Of a stretch of DNA of 64,000 nt, positions 55,529 through 64,000 are shown in pieces. Source of the DNA: Gonapodya sp. JEL0774 (taxonomy: Eukaryota); contig JADIIX010000011.1 in assembly GCA_027604505.1 (NCBI GenBank), forward strand, positions 62,001-126,000, given 5' to 3'. The first letter of the stretch is position 1. Each line of letters begins with the position of its first letter. The translations under genes were made by a program, and so were the position numbers. A model generated the notes under the pieces. It saw only the letters and a program-made list of their open reading frames with translations, was not told the origin of the DNA and ran no database searches.

Positions 55529-58500
55529 TCATGAATTGGATGACCGAGCACTGTGCCTACGCCGAGAGTACGGGACTGGTCGGTCCTCCCGTTTTTTCAT
55601 TGTTGATCCACGAGTGGATGAACGAGGACTCGAAGGATAAAATAGTGCAACCTTCTCGTCAAAACCATCGATTTCCACTTCGTCTCTTTGCAAGTAACGG
55701 GCTTTGCATGGCCTGTATATCGCACAATGGAAGGTCGATTCGCCAACAATAAAGTATTACGAGGAATCTCGGAGGCAATGGAACTCACTCTGGATAATCA
55801 AAAGTGTGCAATTGCTTCGACGGACCCAAGAATCGTAACCAAGGCTTTTCGTGGGGCGGTAGTGATATCTCTGTTGTGCACGTTCGGTAGTAGATGGGCG
55901 CCCTGGATATGTCTTCAAACCATTTTAAGTCATCATCTTCTGCGCGAGAGGGTATCAATATATGGTCTTCAGTCTGCTTTTGCCTTGTGAAAATGAGGTT
56001 TGAATCGACAACTCTTCTCATCGTGGTATTGTCCTTCTCCAGAATGTAAATTCGATCCCAACTGGGTTTCCACCAAGTGAAATGAACATGAGCGGCCCAT
56101 TTCGCCTCTCCTCCCTCAGTTACCACCGGAAAATACCATCCGAACTTGCAGGGATAGAACATAGTGGGTCCTGCTCCTTCGCGGGCACTATAGTCGACTT
56201 CACTCTCTTCGATGAAAAGATCTTCCCCGTACTTGAAAGCATTTTCTGGTACGGAGAGCTGAAGTTTATGTCCAGCCCCCTTACAAGACATCGATTTCTG
56301 TGCATCAAGATTGTAGGGATGGTTTTGCGGTTGCTTCTCTGGACTTCCGTAAGTCACAAGGTCATCCGTTCCTACAGAAGTTTGACTTTCCAGCAAGGGT
56401 CTGGTATCCGGCGGCTGAGTGTACAGTCGAACATCCGGCCCATCAGTACTGGATGCGGTAAGCGGATCTACGTCGTCCGATCCAACTATGGCTTTGGTGT
56501 TCTGTACGCCATGAGCGACGCTAAACAATGCACTTGATCCTTGCTGATCGATCCGCACCGTATCATCCGAAGCTAGGCCCGCTGCTAGAGACGCTGTAGA
56601 TTCAACCTGGTCTGTAGCTGGCGTTTCTGTCGCAGTAAACACAACCTGCTCCCATTTCCCGGAGATATTGTCCCGCAAAGGACGAACTCTTAGGGAGAAC
56701 TGGCCGACAAGAACAGGCGCTTTGCAAGAGTCGGTATCAAATGTCACACCAAAGCTCCGCTTCAGTGAGTGCTGGCTCTTTTCCATTGAAGCGACTGGGG
56801 CGTTCACTTCGACGGATCTCGTTGGTGTTTCGGGGAATTCCTTCTCCATTGAAGTGTTAGCTGAAGTGTTGGGCCGAGAGAAGAACTTGCGCAACATCGC
56901 GAGCTCCTGACCACGTTCGGATGCTTTCACGTAGCCAAAAAGCTCCGGTAGTTCAACCCTGAAATGACACTCCTTCGTCTCCGTCGATAGTATACAATCA
57001 CTCTCGGTCGTCGAATCCTCTTCAAGAATTCTTGCACGTTTGCGGGGATGTGATAAGTCTGAAGTCACCTCGGCCGAGACGGAGAGAACGGAGATCTGCA
57101 GCTCAAAGGGTCCCTCGAAATTGTCCTCTATTGTCCATGTCGCGATAACCGCTTTTGCCTCCTCGGTGCTGTTTTCATTAATATGACAGAGGAGTTTTGA
57201 TATGGTTGGGAGTAGACAGGGGGTTGTTGCACTCGGTTGTTCAATGGCTTCGGGGTTCATATCCGTGACTACGCACTTCCACAAACCGTTGCATTGACGG
57301 GCAGGAGAGGTAGATCCCCCAAATAGATAAAGATCATTCTGGATCTGAAATGCTATCGTCAGCACCAATCTGCTCAAACTCTTTGGCTGCAATGAGTCTT
57401 ACCGCGGAAATGGAATGATTGGCCAAACGCGGAGCTCCTTGGCAAGCAGCTTGCGCCCACACTCGGGTTTCCAGATTGAAGATCCACATGTCAGACAATG
57501 GAGTACTGCCACCGTCCGCACCTGGTTCCCAGCCACCGTGGACAATGAGTTTAGAGCCCAGGATACAACTCCCGTGGAGTGATCGAGGTGGGGGGGCGGT
57601 GGGAGTCACCACCTCCTCCCAGCGCAATGAATACCCGTCTAAGAAAAGCACGCGGACATGTTCAATAAACCCGACAATGATTGAGCACATCATACTTCTC
57701 ACCAATATGGCAGAGCCACAAATCCGCCAGCTTTTCTTCAACACCATCATCTCGAATTGTCTTGCCACCAAAGACAACAAGTGTTTGCGTCCCATTGCGA
57801 TCTTGCCATATATCCGCAGAATGTCCTTCCCGATGAATTGGCATCTGCTCCCCATCAAGGGTCGATTTCACCCACATGTTTGACTCGAAGTCATAACAGT
57901 GAAGTTGCCCCAGGGTGTTCGATAACTCGTCCAATCCACCAAAGGCGAGTAATCGTCTGGGCGAGCTCAAGAAGACCAAAGATGAGCTAATACATGCTGG
58001 AGGTTCCAGTATAGATCCATTACTAAGGTCTGTAGATTGTTGTTTGGAGGGATCAGTGCAAGGTCTCAGTTGGCGAATGATGAGAGATTCGGTATCGACC
58101 TCATACAGCTGAACAAACGAACAAAGAGCAAAGTGAGACGCTGCGGATTTAATTATTTATTCGTCAAAATTTTCGCGACGCCCACCGTGTTCGAAACCTG
58201 CCGTTCGGAAGTGATTCCGGCGTTCACGTAGGCAACATGAGGATTCGATGGATCCACTGCGAGGCCGAAACTGGCCAAACCCAGAGGTTTCTCAGTTCCT
58301 GTAATCACCTTTTGTTGCCACGTAGACGAATCTAGATTGTGATGACGATATTTAGCTCGAATCAATCCGGGGTAGGTTTGAAGTTGTCGATCACAACAAC
58401 CGACACCACTCACCCTTCGAAAAGGACCACACATCTGTTAAAATACCATCATCTTGGTTGCTCCCTCCCCATAGAACAATTAATTCATGTTCCCCGTCAG

Positions 58501-58621
58501 AGGTTCGGACGAAGGAGCGATGTCCATGTCGTCGACTGGGCACTCTGATTCCCGTCTGCTCCACCAGGGTAAACCGTGCGAGAGGAGGCAAAAGGTCTGA
58601 TTCTGCAGTTGGACCAACCAT
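55529..58621 (-). CDS. Kelch-repeat protein, HCF-1-like beta-propeller with long C-terminal region
   Basis: PSRRHGHRSF..ELIVLWGG, REGHSA..LVVFGG, PPPRSLHGSCILGSKLIVHGGWEP, RLANHSISA..LYLFGG. A last exon after the donor near 55787 ends at TGA 55529-55531. Confidence 0.75.
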
Positions 58622-58729
58622 ATCCGCTCGAGAAAAGGCGAATCTTCGTTGGAAGGGCACTCTGCCACTTTTGGTGCACGGGAGACTGTCTATTTCAACG
58701 CCGTATTTACAGTGCTGCAACCAAAGCAT

Positions 58730-60194
58730 CTATTTTTTCCTTTCATTCCTCCATTTATATTTTGGAACTCCGTTCGGGTACTCGCCGATCTTTTTCCGGG
58801 CACCCCTTCCCTGGGAATGAGAACGTCAATAGGTAGAGAATCAAACAATTCAAGTGTCCACAAAGTTAAGATGCGTATTGATGTCAATTAAAGAAGGCTT
58901 CCAACCAGATACTCACCATTAGATTCTTCTGCACTTCCATTTCCATCTCTACGCGGCGCAGGCCAGTGTCGCGGTCTAATCGCGCCGACAGCTCGCGATA
59001 CTGTTGCTCACGGGCTTTGTTGAGGATCTTGGATATAAGAAATCACCGCGGATATGTCAGGACAACTGATGACGGTGTTGACACAACCGGCTCAACTCCC
59101 ATACGCGCAATCCTACGCCAAGTGACTTGCACGTATCCTGGTCATTGATCTGGAGAAACTTTGGCATAATTTGAAGGAGAGCAACCTCAGTTTTGGTCAT
59201 GTCCTTGTTCTCTCACTGGTGTCCATATCTCATGTCACAGAACCAGCACACAGGCACCTGCATCCGTAATAGAAATAAACTTCTGCAAATGAGTCCCTCA
59301 GTCTCGTTGCTTGGTGTATCTTCCTCTCTATTCGCTATTCCGTGGTTGTGTCTCCACATTTCACACATTCCCTGCATTGTCCAAGTGCTCAATTGATCAC
59401 AAACCTTGAGCCCTGACCGTGCAGGTGCTTCACTCTCTTCTATGGTTGCTCTCCGAGGACGATTAAAAGTGCGTCCAAGCAGCTCAGGTTGGGTATCAAA
59501 ATGTTCGGCGGGATCAAAGGAGAGGGCTGGAGAAACGGACGTCTACAGGTTAACAAAGAGTGGAATATTCAGAACTCCTTCCACAGACCTTCGTCTTTGT
59601 CATCAACAAATATCACATGGCGGCGGCTATTCTTGGATGGGGATTGGTTTCCGGCGGAGGCAGAAGAAATAGATCCAGTTCTTGAATCTGAGCCTGAGCT
59701 CGTTGGCATACTAGAGTCAAATAATTGAAGATTGTCCTTGAGCTTCTCCACTTTCTGGAAGTGCAGGAAAGCGTTAACAAAGTGAATATGAGAGGAAAGC
59801 ATTCACCCCATAAAGATTTTGTCCAGCTGAAACCCACCGACTTATTGATGAGCCTCTGATGTGTAACGTAGTTGATATCCTGTGTCTTGAGTGTCTTCAA
59901 AAACTCCGCCGTCAACTCCTTTGGCTCTGAGGGATCATTCTGCCCATACTTCCGCTTCCCCTTCGCGACTCCCTTGACAGTCTTCGAACTGATCATGCCA
60001 AAATAGAACTCATCAGGGTTCCGCATGGCCGCTTTCCGCTTCAGGGCATTGACCCTCTTCTCCTTAAAGTGGAAATCACGCGCACGAAGAACATAGTCCT
60101 TATGTTTCTCCAGCAAACCATACTTTGCACGGGCAGCTGGCTGAGAACGTTCTTTGTGATCCCGGGTCCGCACTGCTTTGCGAAGGGATGACAT
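58730..60194 (-). CDS. UTP11: SSU processome protein Utp11
   Basis: MSSLRKAVRTRDHKERSQPAARAKYGLLEKHKDYVLRARDFH..RNPDEFYFGMI..LKTQD..FDPAEHFDT.PELLGRTFNRPR..YKWRNERKK*. Confidence 0.95.
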
Positions 60195-60391
60195 TATTTT
60201 GGCTTGTGGAGAAAAGTAAACTGTAGAATTTCAGGAGCCCCATCCCTTCTCGAGCTCTCAATCCCAGCTCCGACCTTTCCTTCCCCCCTATTTTATATCG
60301 AACATCAAACCGACAATACGTGGTTCACAGAGATAAATCCTCTCAACGTCACTTGAGCTTCACCAACCGGCGGGAAACTATACACAAAGAC

Positions 60392-61240
60392 ATGAACCGT
60401 GGACCGCTTCTTTTCTCGATCCCTGAAGAGGAAGATGAAGATACTGAAAACACAACTATTCCAATCTCAACCTCTTATTCCGACTCTCCCGGTGGGGGTG
60501 GTGAAAACTCACCGGTGTCAGCATCGAACGTCAATCGCGCATTTTGGGACTTTGTGCGTCGCCGCAAGGAAGCACCCGCGGACGATAGCGCGCAACTCGA
60601 AGTTGTAGGCGTGTATGATGAGGGCGGTACTCTATGGCTGCTTCCAGACAGTCATCGGAGACGGTCCGGATCTCCACAGCCGACTCTCTCCTCATTGTCC
60701 CTTTCCTCCCTCGCCTCGTATTCCTTAGCGCCGGACGCAAGAGACGAGGAACCCTTCCTTGTACCTACTCCGCCGGTCCCCCTTGATGAGTTTGAGGAGA
60801 GCTTGAGCCTTCCCCCCGTTATAGATGAGGGAGGTGATGATCGTTTTGGTTTCGGGGGACCATCTCGGTTGAGTTCTTCAGGCTCCACAATATTACCACC
60901 CTCTCTCCCCATTTCCCGCGCCGGCAGCGTGCCGGGCAAACAAACCGGAGACCCAACTCGCAATTGTGACAGAGGAAGCATATTTGCAATTACCCACTCG
61001 CGTTCTGTCAGTGCGCCTTCGCTATCAGCGTACCTTCGGATACCCGATGGTACCTACCTCGAGTTTGATCAACAGACTGGCTGGTGGATACTGCTCCGGC
61101 GTACAGGCAGTCCGGAAGCTAGCGATAGTTCGCGGAAAGTACATTTGCCGTCTGCATCAATGGCAGCGGAGTTTTTGGATGGAGATTTGTCAAGGTTGAG
61201 GGCGATACGGTCGCTCGGTAACATTCCCACGATGATGTGA
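60392..61240 (+). CDS. Hypothetical S/P-rich ORF (orphan gene or upstream exon of the RhoGAP gene)
   Basis: Uninterrupted ORF of about 280 codons with protein-like composition and no recognisable domain. Confidence 0.4.
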   Translation: MNRGPLLFSIPEEEDEDTENTTIPISTSYSDSPGGGGENSPVSASNVNRAFWDFVRRRKEAPADDSAQLEVVGVYDEGGTLWLLPDSHRRRSGSPQPTLSSLSLSSLASYSLAPDARDEEPFLVPTPPVPLDEFEESLSLPPVIDEGGDDRFGFGGPSRLSSSGSTILPPSLPISRAGSVPGKQTGDPTRNCDRGSIFAITHSRSVSAPSLSAYLRIPDGTYLEFDQQTGWWILLRRTGSPEASDSSRKVHLPSASMAAEFLDGDLSRLRAIRSLGNIPTMM

Positions 61241-61534
61241 ACGAACAGGTTCATTTAATCTCCGTCAGTTGGTATTTCAGCAGCTGCATTGTCACGTATT
61301 GATTGCATTGTCACTGGCCTGCGTTGAAATGAGTTGAGCTTCTGTACAGTATTACCAATGTATGTTGTTTTCAAGGGTGATGAAGTTCTGTGGCGCGGAC
61401 AACTGTGTCACTGCATCTCTCAATCGATTTTGCAACCATCACGCTTAAAGTCACGTCTTTCTGCGTGAGCAGTCTACAAGAGCTTATTTCTCTGCAAAGC
61501 TGGATAGGAACTTCGCGAGCAAACGTGCGCAAAG

Positions 61535-64000
61535 ATGATGGTGAATTTGAACTCCTCCAACCTCGGCCCACTCTCCATCCCCCTTACGGCGGATAAAAAA
61601 CCTCGACGCAATCGCGAGCAATCGGGCAGACCGACCTTTCGGTCATCCGCATTGCCTACTTCGAACACATCTCAGGCCCGGTCCCCGTCCGTTCCGCGTC
61701 TCAGGTCCCACCCAAGCCAGAGCTCACTCGGCTCGGACGAAGCCCTTCGAGTGGCTGTGACTCTTGTACCCGAGTTTCCAAGTCCAACACCCGCGGAAAT
61801 CCCTGCGGACAACGACTTCCCCTCTCGCACTGAAACTCCCAGCGAGTTCGACGGTGGCATCTTCGACTCGTCTCTTAATGCATCAACGGCGTTAACTTCT
61901 ACTGTGGCGTTTGAGGATGGCAAGGGAACTAATACGGATTGGGTTTGTGGGGAGCTAGCCGACGTAGAGGGCGGAATGCAGATCATGTGGGAAAGGGTCA
62001 AGCACAACGTGGAATCGGCGAGGGTTAGTCCTCACAAACAAACGCAAGGGACATCGCGGATCGCTGGGACCTGTGCGCTAAAATACCGGTTCGATTGTCC
62101 GTTCACCGTTAGCTGTTTACCACCTTTCTGCAAGAGCGTGTGAAACTCGAGAAATCATACGGAGAAGGACTAAACAACTTAGCACGCAATCTCATGAAGC
62201 AAACTGACAGAGACGCTACCGCTCTCAAGGACGGGTGCGTACTGGATTTTAAAGAACCCTGTGTACAATGGCACTAAGAAGTGGGCTTCAAGGTCTTACA
62301 ATGAAAACTGGAAGCATTTCCTCCAGCTTCATGAAACCATAGGAATCAAGCGCATTACCTTCTCGCGAGTGTTGCAGCAGAATCTCGATGAAATGAAGGC
62401 GCTCTGCGATGGCGCAGAAATGAGTCGCAAGCAGCTCAAGAAATCAGCCAAAGATGCACAGGACGAGATGGGCAAGTCCGCTAAGGAATGTGAAAAGGTG
62501 AGGCTTGCGATATCCCTAGAGACTGATAATCCGTTTGCTGACCAGTAGATTTTCACTCAAGCTACATCACAGTCTCACCGAATGGAGCCAGAAGTATGAG
62601 CTTGCGCAAGTACAGGCAGATCAAGCCCAAAGAGAGTATGGTTTCAACGTTTCTGGTTCGTCTGCCTCTTCCGGCGCAGGGATGAAGGGGTTGGGCGGAT
62701 TGTTCAGCAAGCAGCCACCACTTACCAGAGTAAGTACTCGACGTGCAACAACATCTCAACGCAGTTGTCAAAGCATCTCTACTCTTGTGGAAATTGCTTT
62801 TATCAGGCTATAGACCTTGCAGGAGAAGCCGAGCGCAAAGCACAAAAGTTAAACATTGAGTTCAACCACCAACTGGGCCATTACCATAAGAAACGAGAAG
62901 AGTTCGCCAACTATACCGCTCCGCGGATTGTTCGCGCTCTCAAAGAGGAAAATGACCAGCTGGATTCGAGACTCAAAGTGCAATTGGCAAAGTACGCACT
63001 TTCGTTTGAGGACGGAATTGTGGCCGATGCTACTTTAATTAGCCCGATGGAGGAAGGTTTGTGGACGTCTTCCTCACAATCGCAAAACAACGAACGCTCA
63101 CACTTGTGGTTGCAGGCACGAGTCTCCGTTGCATTATCGATGAAATCAACTTGGATGAGGATTTCCAGCGATATCTGTCTCGCACAGTGCGAGATATGAA
63201 GGCGTCTCAGCCATCTTACCTGAGCCTCAAGCGCGTAAGCCTTGGACCGTTCCCGTTCTCATTAGTCAAATTGAGCAACTTGACATTTTTGTGGTCGCCT
63301 GACAGAAATCTGAAATCTTCGGTGTCCCACTGGAAGATATTCTTCGTCGGGAGGGCGGACAAGTACCGGTCATCGTTCAAAAATGTGTCGAAGCAATAGA
63401 GCGTCGTGGTAAGTATCCAGCATCACTTCTATGTATTTACACATTGTTGATCGTTCCTGTCAATAGGGCTCACCGAAATCGGTGTATACAGACTCGCTTC
63501 CGCGCTTTCCCAAGTACACAAGCTCCGAAACCTTGCCGAGTCAGGTTTGTCTTCCGATTCTTGAAGCCATTCTTGACTATCTCTACAAATGATGTCTACC
63601 CACCAGACTTAGATAAAATGGACTTTGCCGCAGAGACCAGTGCTCCCGATGGCATCAGTGCAATAGCGTCTCTTCTGAAACTTTATTTCCGCGAACTCCC
63701 TGATGGGTTGTTTCCTAGATCCCTGTATGATACGTTTATACGGGCCGCGAGTAAGTGGGAAGTCATTGGGTCTTGCTGCACTCACTCCAATTTTTCCTAA
63801 CAAATGATTTTTCGTAGAAATCGAAGAGCCGAGTCTTCAGCAGAATCAAATACATCAAGCGGTGAATATGCTCCCTGACCAGAATTACCTGGTGCTCAGG
63901 TATCTCATCCAGCACCTTGAGCGGTGAGTTGACCTGCACGAGAATCGTTCCTGGGCCGAAGTGACCGGAAATCGGCAACCAATGCAGGGTACAAGCGATG
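61535..64000 (+). CDS. F-BAR + RhoGAP protein (Rgd1-like), runs off the window end
   Basis: FCH-like GGMQIMWERVKHNVESAR..FLQERVKLEKSYGEGL, coiled coils, then IFGVPLEDI..VPVIVQKCVEAIERRGLTEIGVYRL..IASLLKLYFRELPDGLF..LPDQNYLVLRYLIQHL. Confidence 0.87.

Noticed and set aside
59052..59150. Telomerase RNA CR4/5-like junction in the UTP11 intron
   Set aside because: There is no telomeric template sequence nearby and the P6.1-like stem does not pair.

Overview
This is eukaryotic nuclear DNA, gene-dense and rich in short (about 50-80 nt) GT-AG introns. Fungal-type genes together with a ciliary dynein-2 subunit (WDR60-like) point to a flagellated, early-diverging (chytrid/monoblepharid-like) fungus; this is inference. 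About 24 intron-split genes can be reconstructed by hand, in order: WD40 protein, HMT1/ABCB6 transporter, COX19, SR-type cyclophilin, tandem-WW (KIBRA-like) protein, cystathionine gamma-synthase, xanthine dehydrogenase, WDR60, eIF4B, IMP1, PP2C, a disrupted ankyrin/SH3 gene, mitochondrial bS21, GNAT, RPS20, forkhead TF, PRCC, SNRNP27, COG1, MAM33, a nuclear uS3m-like gene, an HCF-1-like kelch protein, UTP11 and an F-BAR RhoGAP. I found no tRNA, rRNA, CRISPR array or intact transposon. The most notable observations are: a predicted ONE-nucleotide exon needed to build the conserved HGGTEMGQG motif of xanthine dehydrogenase; a two-part motif array shared by long introns of two ribosomal protein genes; G-rich/C-rich polarised long introns; and KIBRA-like and HCF-1-like proteins usually thought of as animal/holozoan. 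All gene identities come from remembered family motifs, not database searches, and exon boundaries are manual predictions.
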